A stretch of 61,310 bases of DNA, filler included, from Sphacelaria rigidula (lineage: Eukaryota), in the NCBI GenBank assembly GCA_964200075.2. It is 5 parts of 5 records of this genome, joined end to end, with 100 filler letters (N's around TTAATTAATTAA, not from the genome) between each part and the next. Parts side by side here need not be neighbours in the genome. Positions count along the whole stretch, not along the records: positions 36,849 to 49,029 come from CAXNAA020004033.1; positions 49,130 to 61,310 come from CAXNAA020004034.1; 3 more parts are not named here. One strand, 5' to 3'. The notes under the pieces are model-generated. The model was not told the origin of the DNA and searched no databases. It saw nothing but the letters and a program-made list of their open reading frames with translations. Shown one piece after another: positions 37,366 to 49,225 of the stretch (positions are counted from its first letter, which is position 1; each line of letters opens with the position of its first letter). The translations under genes and the position numbers were made by a program.

Positions 37366-39877
37366 TACTAAGAGTGCTTAATCAATATTCAAGTAGAATA
37401 TTGGAGGGCGTACTCAATCTGCTCAAAATTTGATTAGAGAATTTGAGGCCGTACTCGACCTGCACAAAAATTGAGTACACCGTGTGCCTCACACGTACTG
37501 TGTAGCATGAGTCCACCATCTACACGTGCAAATACATGAAAAAGAAACTTGACGTGGTGACTCAGAAAGAGTCATCATATCTGCTCACTGACCTCGTATT
37601 TGCCACGCGCTATATTTCGCAGTACACCACCCATGAGGCAACTGCGGATTAATTCATTGCATTCCCAGCTCGGTGCAGATCAAATTAGCGGGGGAGGGGA
37701 AGGGGGGGGATTGGAACCAAGGTGCGAAAATAACACTCTGACTGCTAAGGTGGATCATCCGGACCTTGAACTCAATGATCAAGTGAAAATAGTGTCGATT
37801 TAACAGATGACCCACCCTGGGCGGTCAAATGCTTACACCATACTTTAGCCGCGAAGTCGCATTTCGGCTAAATTACATCGCCGATCGCCCTTTAAAGTGG
37901 CAACGTCGACCCCGTTCATGAGCTAAACAGCTTCTCTTTGCTTTGTAACAAGGCACCAATTATAAAAAAATAACGGATGTATGCATACCATGTATTCTCG
38001 TGGTATCCCCCACACCCTGCCTCATGTAACATGGAGCTGTGACTTTTTCTTCTCTTTTCATTCTCCAAACTTCTCCCCTTCCTCGGCAAGAGTACGTGGT
38101 TTCAATGGATCAATCATTTCCCTCCCCCGGTACACGCCTTACACTCAGGCATCGTGGCTTGGATCATGACCAACACTCCAGCACCGTACCGACTCTCGTG
38201 AAACGTAGATTGTATTTTCTGTCGCTCACGTCCTCATCGTTGTTCAGCGACAGAAACAAGATATTGTACTCTGTCAGAAAAAACGAGAAACAATTCCATC
38301 TGCCGGACGTCGAAGTTACATTCCTGCCATCTCGGTGATTTCAGTTGTACCGATGACACTGCCACGACGGGGTGACTGCTCACAACAGTCTCATATTGTC
38401 AATCCTTTTCGGGCGAGTCGATCTAGATGTCGATCTAAGCCGTCTTGCCAAGTGTTGAGGAGATGTGGAATACTACAGTGTATCAAAGATCTGAAATCCT
38501 GCATGACGTCGCAAATGCCCCAATACCTCGTATGATCGTGGTACAGCGTGCCGCGTCCCGGGGTTCTAGCTGGTGGAACCACCGGTTCGTCGGTGCGAAA
38601 GGTTAGAAAACGCGGCTTTCAATCACGATAGATACCGTCTGCTTGTGTAGATTATACTTTCTGTTGTTGAACATCATGAGGACGTGGCTGGCGGAGGCAC
38701 ATTCAACGAACGCCGACGTGGTGCGGGAGGTCTGATCCAGTCCTCCATGCCCAAATGTCAGGCGGTACCCGGGGGCAAGGCGGGTTGTTCAGTTTGAAAC
38801 TACAGACCCGTCCCGAGGAACGGGAGGGGTTAACAGCATGAAAAAAGACACAGGAGAACGAAGATAATAGTACCCCATACCAGGTCAGAGCAAAAAGCAA
38901 AAAGGTACATCATGTGTCCGAGTAAGATACTCTACGCGGTACATTAGAAGCCAGTTCGGTTCAGTGCGAGGTACCACTAGGAACGGTTCGGGAACCTGTA
39001 ATGTAGCCAGTGTGATTCAGCCGAGCCAGAATTACCATGTGGCTCCATATCGAAAGTCTCATAGTTGGGGTTCAGGGCGGAGGTTCAGAGGGAAGGTTCA
39101 GAGGGAAGGTTCAGAGAGAGAGAAGGTTTTACAACAGAAATAGTTCGTTGAATACGGTGTTCGCGCAAGACCACACGCCCCACCCTGAAGCACTTCCAAC
39201 TTCGTACCCTAACCAACTAGGCCAAGGCTCCCCCCGAGTGTCCAGCACAAGCATTAAGACAGCGCTGCTGTAGACCATGTGTGGTGACCGACAAAAGAGG
39301 GCAAAAAGGGAAATGAACTAGAGATTGATGACGGGAAACCATCACACACTCTTGAAGTACGCTAACGATACATAGTCTTGAAGATTCCGTACCACTAACG
39401 ATCTGCTGGCGTCAGATGGTATATCACACCAACAGGGTAAAAAATATAAATAAAAAGTACGCCATAGACGGTAATCTCCTCAAACCTCGCCTTTCTCCTC
39501 ACCTGCGTTGTGCCCTCGAAACGTTCAGCATATTCCGTGGCTAAAGCGATCAGGAAATCCCGACGCGGCGACGTGCCCTTAGAAACCTGTTATTTTCCAA
39601 AGGAAAAATGAGTAGACACCTCGTGAACATGTGTACTTGTGCACCGATAATTTCATTTTTTTCTCAGTTCCTCAACGACTTGAGTAGCTTTTTGTCCAAA
39701 ACAGGAAACATCAAGATGGCGATGGCGATCTAAGGATATCCCGACATCCAAGACTTCAGCCTGCTACCCATGTGTTCTTGTACTGTCCGCTTGTAGTTGG
39801 GAAAACAAGATTGCACTCTTCTCCGGTCTCTTTTCCCCCCTTTTATCGCAGTGAATAACACACAAAGAACATAAACG

Positions 39878-40620
39878 AAACGAGGCTTCGATTCCCGATG
39901 CGTTGGATTTTTCTTCATAATATTTGAATTTCACCGTGAAAGGCGTGAGAACGGAAGTAAAGGAGATGGGGCTTTTCATTAAAGATGAGAACCCGGAGGA
40001 TCAAAATCTTCGTATACACACCAGATCTTCGGCATATGGTTCCATTTCCTCACCTGCTGATAGCTTTTGACAAGTACTACACGCCATAAAAAATTGGATT
40101 TCGATAACCAAAAAGTTGCGGTCCTAGGAAGAAAAACAAAACAATTTCGGGAAATTTCGGCGATCCGATCGGATCACCTACATTCCCAAAAGTTGTTTAT
40201 TGATGGATCACCTAAATTCCCCGAAGTTGTCTATTTATATAGGACCCCCAACATTTTGTTAACCGAAATCCAAATGTGTACGGCATGTAGCAGTTGTCAA
40301 TAGCTACCAGCAGGTGAGGGAACGGAACCATATTTCAAAGATTTCGTATGGATACGAATATTTTAATCCTCCGGGTTCTCATCCTCAATAAAAAGTTCCA
40401 TCCTCAATTTCGATGATCGGCTGTTGAAGTAGTCGACTGAGTTTATGTGACGTGAGTTGACGCCGAGCGGGAGTGCTGATAGTCATGACCTAATCCGCGA
40501 GACCAAAATGCAAGGCGTGTACCGGGGGAGAGATGGGTTGATCCCCTGCGACCCCGGACTCGTCCCGGGGAAGGGGAGGGGTTCAAAGTGCGACAAATAA
40601 GTAATAATGAAATAATAATA
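39878..40620 (+). mobile_element. SINE family 1 copy interrupted by foldback MITE B
   Basis: The B-box region (TTCGATTCCCGATGCGTTGGA) at 39887 and the SINE 3' half at 40428-40620 are separated by a family B element. Confidence 0.75.
39963..40427. mobile_element. Foldback MITE family B
   Basis: Long inverted arms homologous to 16622-17328; left terminus eroded. Confidence 0.75.
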
Positions 40621-40874
40621 CAGAGGTGCAGCTGGCTTCGCCGCGAAGACGCCTGTATCCGTTTTTCAAATACCAAGCATCAGCACTACAGACGCAACGT
40701 CTTTTATGCCGTGCACAAGTGACCCATGTACTACTGTATACAAAAAAAGATGAACGGCGAAGAAAGTGCATTTCCCACGTCACTGGCTTAATCTCCAAAG
40801 CAGGCAGTGACGATTAGCCCCGCGCTTTTTTTTTTTTTTTGTATCCACAAAACTGTTTTCTCCTTTCCCTCCAC

Positions 40875-41161
40875 ACGCGGCCATTCGGCTACCCCCATAA
40901 AAATCCTCTTCCGCGATTTCCATCCTCTCGAGGGTAAAATACCCTCTACTCTAGAGGGTATTTCATCTCAAGGTGCGGTCATTAACGAATCCTCTGAAGG
41001 GCATCTGACGCTCTAGTGACTACTGAGTTCTGAATCCCTCCAGAGTAACAAAGAGATGGTGCTCTGGAGGGCCGAGCACCCTCTGGAGGCGTTTAATTCC
41101 TCTGGAGGCTCGAAAAATTGACTGGAACAGAGTACTTTTGGGGGTAGCCGAAGGGCCGCGT
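40875..41161. mobile_element. MITE with ~25-bp TIR ACGCGGCC.TTCGGCTACCCCCA and internal CTCT(A/G)GAGG motifs
   Basis: Inverted termini and repeated palindromic internal motifs. Confidence 0.6.
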
Positions 41162-43174
41162 CAGTCCTACACAACTGACTTCTCAAAGAATGTAAATCGA
41201 GGACCCTTGTTTTTCTCAGAATCCATTTTTTTCCCGTCAAAGGGCATCATATAAGCTCAGAGCGACAACATACACACATCGGTGTTGCACGTCTGCTTAT
41301 CGACAATCTGGCTTTTTCCTCACTCTTTAGGCGAAGGACGCGAGAGTTTCCCGCTGAAGAGAGCAGGGTCAGTCAAGCTTTCTTGGATAGGACTTGTGTC
41401 GCGAGAACTAAGCCAGTTCGAAGGATAACCGTTAGCAGTTGGTGGTCAATATCATGAAACGCTTGAAACACACAGACAAGGGGTGGCATACTTTCAAGTC
41501 CTTGCGGCATGCACATTTCTTTTGGGGGGGGGGGGCGAGCGGAGGGCGGGGGGCAATCTGCACATTTAATTATTGAAGCCAAAATTTAGCGGGCGGGTTT
41601 GAGTACAGGTAATTAGGCTCCCTGACGTAGACTTCTGGTCATAAGCAAATGTTTAAAGTGAAATTCCTCGACTCGGAGCAAGGATGTACAGTATGCCGTT
41701 TTTCGAGAAAAATCTAAAGAGTTGACACGAGTCTGGAAAATCGAAGTGATGCGGTGATGAAAACAAACGGCGAGGCGGCTGCCTTTTTCAGTCACCGGGA
41801 GGCAGCGTTGCACCCCATAGGAGGGGGTGTAGTGAACAATCAGTTCACAACCAGATGTCCATGTGCGTTGCATCCCTCCTGTAGCCCGTGCAGCTGCTTG
41901 CAGAGAGGCCTTCGTACTACTTCCATGCTGATTTTCTGCCTATAGAGTTTCGGAAAAACACTTTTTCTTGTCATTTCAGAGTGCAAACATCCAAGTATCA
42001 GAGTGTAAAGACAGATCAGTTTTCCATCCGTCAAATGTGGTATCCCCCTTGGTTTCTTCGACGAGTTTTTTTTTCTTCTATTTTTTCAATCTGCAGTCTG
42101 ATCCTGAGACATTTGCACTCTGAAATGACAAAAAAGCGTTTCCGAAACTCTCTCATGTCTACGATTTTTTCAGAAGGCCAGAAGGGGGGAGGGGGGGGTT
42201 GGACTCGGAGAGACATACCACCCCTTGGCACACATACGAGAAAATTAGTTACGAACGCGTTCGCTCACGGAGACTCTGCCCACTCGAATCCAGGCGAAAA
42301 TGCGTGCATGTGAAATAGTTACCCTTACGTGGCAAGTCTGACGATTGCAAATGCCCTGGTCGTTAGCATTTCTCGGGGAGATTACGAACATTTATTGAAG
42401 TGTGAGGATCCTACTACGGCGTAACCCGGCCGGTTCTGCACACACGCAGTTTGTTGACACGATGTGGCGTTCTTCCATAGCGAATTCGTTGCATCGCGCC
42501 AGAAAATTCAATGCAAAAGCCGTTTTGCTACCCGTAAGCAAGCTGTCGACGCGCTCTCGCGGACGACGTGTCGACACTATTTTGGCCAGAAAAGTCCTGT
42601 ATAGTAAGTCATTTTATAGTAACATTATGCATACCAAATGCCAACACTTGTTGAGTTCCTTCAAAGTACTCGATTTTTGTGTAGGATACTCCCGCAGCAA
42701 AGATACGGAACAGACTCGCGGTTGAAGAACTACAAGCGAATTCTTCCTTCAAGGATTAGCTCTATCCAGGAACCGTAGTAGGTCTTTGGATACTCCGGTT
42801 GACGGGTGTCATTTGAGCCTCCACCAATCATGTGGGGAGCACGGAATTTGTCCCTCCCGTAGGAGGAAGGTGAGACGCTCAACCCGTCGAATGCGGAGGA
42901 CTTTCGACTTTTTTGCTACCGCAGCCGCGAATATGAAATGAGGTCAGGGACGTTTCGCAGTGGCATACCTTGGACTCGCTGACAAATAACGACACAGTGC
43001 TTCGCAGTAGACGGGCTACTGTCCTCTGGGGTTAACACGTCAGTGCAAGAGCTGCAGACCTTCGACAGACAAAATACAGTGTAAAAATGTGACAACATGG
43101 CCACCGAAGGCGCAATTTGACATGCGATTGGTTCTCTCCCCTGTAAAAAAAAAACAACCAATCATGAGACTCAC

Positions 43175-46100
43175 CTCAAGGTTGAAGAACATTCCCCGTG
43201 AGGACGCGAGATGGCGCCTGGATGCCTCCACAAACGGAAACGTGTCTCGAGGTCCCAGCGGCACGTAGGCGTTTCTCGTCTCCACATCAGGGCTGCACAC
43301 ATACCCATACAGACACACACGTACGGAGAAAAAACTGAAACAATAAAAAAAGCAAATTGATTTTGTAGGGTGAAGAAAAAAAAAACTCGAAAAAGGCAGG
43401 GCGGCACTCATACACGGACGACGTTTGAGAAAACGAACCGACAACAAACGATGTGTACCGTACGTATGATGGTCATGTGAGTACGTATGTTTGTGGGTCT
43501 TTGTTCTTGTTCGAGTCCAGCAAGGATACGTGGCCGTATAACAGTGCAGCGGCACAAAGTGGGCTAAACGATGCAGGCAGGCCAAAATCTTCGACCGGTT
43601 CGTCTGCTCTCATCGTTTCTTGGATTGAGGACCTGGAACTTTGCGGATAGATGCGCATCGGAAATTCGCAGGCCGCCATAGTAAGGTCTTCAAAACGAAA
43701 ATCATGATCCAAAACAATTTTACCCTCCGGTGAGACTTCAAGGCTAAAAAACGGACGTAACCACCCACAATAACATCCCGCCCCCTCCCCGAATACCTAA
43801 TTACGACTTCCGATTATTCAACCGTTCTAGCGCCCGCGACCCGCGAGATGACGATATCGTAGTCTAGAAAGATCACAGCAGGACGCTTGGGCGCTCAAGA
43901 GATCTCGGTTATTTCCATTTTCGACCCACAGGATCGCAGCGAACTTCGTACGTTTTCGAATTTCTCCGAAGAGCTGGAATTTACTCAAGCTCACAGTAGG
44001 CCGTGGGGAGGGGGGATGGGGGCTAGAAGACTTAATTTGCATCTGCCCTGAAATACTAGGTGTCCAACTCTTGAAAGCGGGACTGCTGTACACGAACCTA
44101 TTCTGTAGTCGTCTTCCGCACGCCCCAATACTGTGCGAAAAACCAGCAATCATGAGGGCGGGCGGGCGTACTGATTTTTTGCTTGCCTTAGTCATTTGAC
44201 CATTGACCACGCGTCCCTTTCGAGACGAAGCACCGTTCCTATTCTCAATAGAGACACCTCCAACATTCCGGTGCTGATTACGTTCCTTCCATACATTACA
44301 CAAAAACCTTTTACATGTCTTATCCCGTCCTGTTTCGCCGTCTGTGGCCACCATATATCTCCTAGTATAATCATCGTTTTCTCGCTACTGGCTCATGCAT
44401 CAAACAATTTCATCCTCTAGCACGTCCCGTTCCTCCTTGTATACTTCACACCCTGCTACCATGTGACTTCTCCTCTCTATTGCTTCGCCACAGGGGCAAT
44501 TCTGTCAATCGACTTCCTCCTCCTCTCGACCACTGATATATCTCTTCTTTCCGTTTTTTTTTTTTCTGTTCCCCCTTTTTTTTTTTCCTTAGAGCGTTCT
44601 TCAGTTTCGTTTTTCTTGGGTACGTCTATCATGACACCACGGCTGGATTCCTGGGGGGTCAGTTAAAGTGCGACAATCAATCGATCAATCACTAAATTCC
44701 GGCAGGTCCAGGTACCCCACCCGAAATCGCACTTTCAACATTTTCGCCGCATCAATGGGGCTATGCGAATATTTTTTAATCCTTATCCCCTCTCTCAACC
44801 CCCCGTATATCTTCAGGTGTTTTTCCTCACCTACTTTGCGACTGAGCGCTCCTTTTCCCCTTATTCCTATCATGTCTCTTACTTCTGTCTCGTACCCCGC
44901 GCCTTCACCTATGGACAGTATTTCGTCTTGGTTTCTTCCTATCTCCCTCCATACCTTTCTCGACTTCTTTATCCCACCTTACTCCAGCCCGCCCTTTCGT
45001 ACTTTTATTCCATACAGCCTTATCTGCATGTTCTTTGAGCTATATTGCCATCGCAATGCTCTCATGCCTCTGTTTGCTTTTTGTAAGTGCATTCCCAACT
45101 CTGCTATTATGCTCTATTATTCGTCGTTTTCGGGCATTCAAGTATTTTCTTAGCTGCTATCAAGCTATCAACTTCGTCACCAACTTCACGTTCCCCTCCC
45201 ATACTTCTCCTGCATATTCCACCTTTGGTACGATCACGTTCATCAGGATACATATCTCAATCCTAGTGTCTAGGTGCGAGCCTCTGAGAATCACGTCCAT
45301 CCTGTCTGTGCCTTACCCTTCTCTATTACTTTGTTCATGTGTGTATCCCAAAAACAGTTTTTTTTCATTATCTCTACGCCAAGGTATGTTGACTGGTCTA
45401 CAATCGGCAATTCCTCTTCTCCCCACTTCCAGTTGAACTCTACCGCATTTTTTTTGTTACAGACGAGTACCGCGCATTTGTTAACATTCGCTGTCACTCT
45501 CCATTTCCTGGTGTATTCTAGCGCCTCGTCTATCTGTGTCTGTAATCCTTCTGGTGTTTCTGGAATCCTCACAAAATCATCCGCGAACATCAATCCTGAT
45601 ATCACATCTTTACCCACCTCGACTACTTCCTTTGCTGCTTGTATTGCAATTACCAGGTCACTAATAGACACCTTGAAAAAAGTTGGTAATAACGTGCATC
45701 CTTGTGCAACTCCTTGTAAAATATTGAAAACCCCCCCGATATTTCCCCGTCTAGCATCATAGCACTTTTGGCACATCCTGTCATCTTCTTCACCGCTCTC
45801 TTTATCCCTCGTCCGATCCCACTTTCCCACAACTTTTTCCACAGCCTATTTCTCCATACTGTATCATGAACCCCTTGCCCGTCCATAAAGAAACAGTACG
45901 TTGTCAGCCCGGTGTCTTTCCCACCCTGACGAATCTTACCTAGTGTGTACACATGGTCTACGCAACTACGGTCTGATCCAACAATCACGGGATAAATGAT
46001 GTCGAACAGGCTGATTTTACGAGGAAAGAAATGGAGAACTTAACTTCTTGACGGGTAAGTGGTCGTGTTGAACCCTTGGACGGCGAGAGTACGCCTTATC

Positions 46101-46969
46101 CAGATGAACTACCCTCCTCGTGGTCTAAGGGTCAATACCGAATATATATGAGCTACTGAAAAGACTACCATAATTCCGTCCCTCGATCTTTATCCGCGCA
46201 AACTCCGGTACAAAAGATCCACAATATCCACAAAGAGGCTCCGCAGTCGGAAGCTTGAACGGATTTGAACGCCGCTGCGCGACAAGCGCTCTGCATGACG
46301 CACCTTCAAACGCTACAGTAAGTCTGGCTGAGCAGCCGTACCGAACAACAGCGCGTGTTACCAGACAGTGTGTACAAATGCAGGCACTGCGGGCAGTACG
46401 ACAGGATGTCCGTGTCGAGGCTTGGACCCTTGACCGCAAGAGCAGTTTTTCTTGCCTCGACGTCAAATTCACCCCAAAAGACGTTTCCAAACTAAGCCGA
46501 GTAGTAGTTAGGAGTTGCATGTTTCAAGCCCACGTCCTCCACAAACGCGCAAAGGTCACCTGCTGAATCGGCATCAATATTTACTTGAAAAAAGTATGCG
46601 TGGTCCAGATGGACTACCCGCACCGCTGTCTAAGGGTTAACGGTCTGTCTACGATGGGGTAACAGTTTTATACAGTAGACTCAGTGTTCAGTTCGCGTTG
46701 ATTTGCGATCGGATTGGTACGTGCGAGCATCCCGATACATACATGATGCTTCCAATAGATGAGGGCAAAGCGCAAGATGAACTGACGTCGCCTGAGTGTA
46801 CTGCGCATCATACATACCTGGGAGCATTGTAAGGGTAATGCCTGGCGACGTTGCCCCAGCAAGCGGCCGGCATCCTCCAAGGCAAGTGTATTCTTTCGCA
46901 AGTCTCATCCGTCACCAGCAACAAAGTCCGCTCCGACGTGTCTTCGCAAGCTGCCTTCAGGTGTGATGC
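43175..46969 (-). CDS. Partial gene: RXYLT1/TMEM5-like (exostosin-related) glycosyltransferase
   Basis: Exon 46969-46818 (gtcag|...AG|gtatgt, phase 0-2) joins exon 43292-43175 (tgcag|...GAG|gtgagt, phase 2-0). Product: LLLVTDETC...VARHY...YVPLGPRDTFPFVEASRRHLASSRGMFFNLE. Confidence 0.6.
44170..45990 (-). mobile_element. 5'-truncated LINE (non-LTR retrotransposon), frameshifted RT, intronic
   Basis: RT motifs RSCVDH, DTVWR, GVAQGCTLLP, MFADD, KWRVTANVNKC; C-terminal region; 3' end shared with copies at 24295 and 49130. Confidence 0.92.
46073..46636. mobile_element. piggyBac-like non-autonomous element
   Basis: TIR CCCTT(G/A)GAC(G/A)GCG flanked by TGAA/TTAA; a related deletion derivative lies at ~60735-60820. 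Confidence 0.6.
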
Positions 46970-47256
46970 CTGACGCAACCAACAAAGCACAAACCAAGGC
47001 CGAAAACCGCTTTCTTACTTAATCTCTGTCGATGTAATGATGAAACCTCTCCATTATTTCATCTCTGTCGATATATATGTATATATATATAGGTGTGCAG
47101 GTGTGTATGTGTGCGTTCATGTGTATACCATGGCGTCACTCTCGTGTACCAACATCGCACACATCGGACAGCTCATGAGCTACTGTAGCTACCTGGATAT
47201 TACTTCTTATTGGAGTACTGATTCGGATCATGAGCTAGCTCATTTGGCCACTATTC

Positions 47257-47517
47257 CAAGGGTCGGACAAATCATGATTCGTCTGGAAATTACTTAGTTT
47301 TAGTATAATTGATTCGACTCGTACCAATCAACCCCTAGGCTTTGTTTTCAGCGTTACAACCCAAGTACACGCACAGCCCAGGCACGCGGAATGGCGCAAA
47401 AGTTGCGTAGATACTCCCTTGGACCAGCGGTCAACTTTTTTCTCCCTTTTTGGGCAATCAGCCCGAAGAAATCGTGGATTTGGTGATTCTTAGTCGTGAT
47501 GATTCGTCCTAACCGTG
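47257..47517 (-). mobile_element. hAT-type MITE family A, complete copy (261 bp)
   Basis: TIRs CAAGGGTCGGACAAATCAT / CACGGTTAGGACGAATCAT; 8-bp TSD CACTATTC/CACTATTT. Confidence 0.88.
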
Positions 47518-47599
47518 CACTATTTCCGTATTAGGTCCCGACAGCGATGTAGGGCGAGCACGCGGTGTAGCGGGAAGGTAACGATCTGACTTCTCGGAC

Positions 47600-48890
47600 A
47601 CTGCTGTCACGTGTTTTCTGTTTTTGTGCGATGGGTCTGAGAGTTCTCTTCGATCAGCTATTTCAGGTAGAGCTGATGAGTTGTCCGACGTGTGCAACAT
47701 TGCATTCATCTCATCGGTTGTGTTGGCACAGGTGTGGAAAAAAGATGGTTGATATCGGGGCTGCCACAATGGAATGTACCCGTGTAGTAGACCCTGTATC
47801 CGAGGAAGGTTACAGGTCCGAAAGAATGTTCGATCATGACCTCGAAGACCCAACCCACGAAGGTTCTGTCCAGACTGGAAGAACATGCTTGGCAATTTAT
47901 GTCCATGTTGTACCGGAGGGGCACGATGGACCACGATATCTTAATAGGACGCGATGGCTTGGGATGATTCCCCGTCAGAGCGTACCGAGACGTAAAAAAC
48001 CAACGCGAGACAGTCATGACTTTGGAGGATAATGACATAGACTGTTTACCGTGTATTTGCGGGAAGCGTTCGCAACGCTGTTGGTTTTATCGAACCGGAC
48101 TCAGAAACAGCTCAGGTTGTAATGGTTCACAACGGGCCGCACGATAGGGCACCACCTGGTACTTTTGTCTTGGGTTCCAGTGAAATTATTCAACGTGAAG
48201 GGAACGCCCACCGAGAGCGGTTCTTACTACGTGACTCTGGGTCCAGACAGGTCTCCCCGAGAAATCACGGTAGAAGGTGGAGAATCTAGTATCCCTCTCC
48301 GTTATACCGGTTTAGCAGGACAAATATTGACTCCAAATACCACTCTAGGTCTTGCTGGAGCACCCTTGGTACCATGCTCCGTGGAGAATGTTGAGATCTC
48401 TAAAACACCTGATCCGATTCCTGAGGAGGTACTCACGGTAGACCAGGATTTAGAACACCCACCGGTCTTGGTAAGCTTGAACGTTGCACAACAAGACGCA
48501 TTCAGGGATATGTGGGAGAAACTTCCCATGCATATGCGTGGAATAAATTTTGGGTTGGAAGGCGCACATTGAACAGTGGACGGCATTAAGGGTTCAGGTG
48601 AGCTTTTGTGCAATTATTCGCACCTATTTCCCAAGGACAAGATGGATTCAGGGTATTGCACGGTGGATCCGTTTAAAATTGAAATGAAACCGGGAACGGG
48701 GCCCATAAAACAGCGCCTATGGCGTCATAATCCGGCAGTCCAAAAGAAAGCACAGGTGGAAATCGATCGCGTGCTGGCCGCAGGCCTTTTGAGATCATAT
48801 GGATCCATTAGAAGTACGTGTAACTATAAGAAGCTCAATACAGGCTGGTTCAGATTGAATACCCAACATTTATTCCCCGGCAAATGACGA
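47600..48890 (+). pseudogene. Ty3/Gypsy pol relic (protease-RT N-terminal region)
   Basis: FKIEMKPGTGPIKQR..RHNP...EIDRVLAAGLLR..IRSTCNYKKLN is typical of the Gypsy RT N-terminus; stops and deletions present. Confidence 0.8.
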
Positions 48891-49029
48891 ACGCAATACC
48901 CAGCCAATATGCACAAATGTGGTATCATACTGACCGCAATGAACAGACGAAAAGGGTGACATAGCCGGTTTTTTGTTCAAGGCTGTAGCGGTGGCGCTAT
49001 GGACAAAAATATGTCTCGACCAATCAGCG

Positions 49030-49129
49030 NNNNNNNNNNNNNNNNNNNNNNNNNNNNNNNNNNNNNNNNNNNNTTAATTAATTAANNNNNNNNNNNNNNN
49101 NNNNNNNNNNNNNNNNNNNNNNNNNNNNN
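49030..49129. other. Artificial contig linker
   Basis: N44-TTAATTAATTAA-N44. Confidence 0.99.
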
Positions 49130-49225
49130 TCTCTATTAGGAGTAGGAACGGTGCTCCGTCTCGAAAGAGATGTGTGGTCAATGGTCAAACGACCAAGGCA
49201 AGCAGCAGCAGCAGCAGCAGCAGCA
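49130..49225 (+). mobile_element. LINE 3' end with (GCA)n tail
   Basis: Closely matches the reverse complement of 44180-44255, followed by (GCA)8. Confidence 0.75.
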
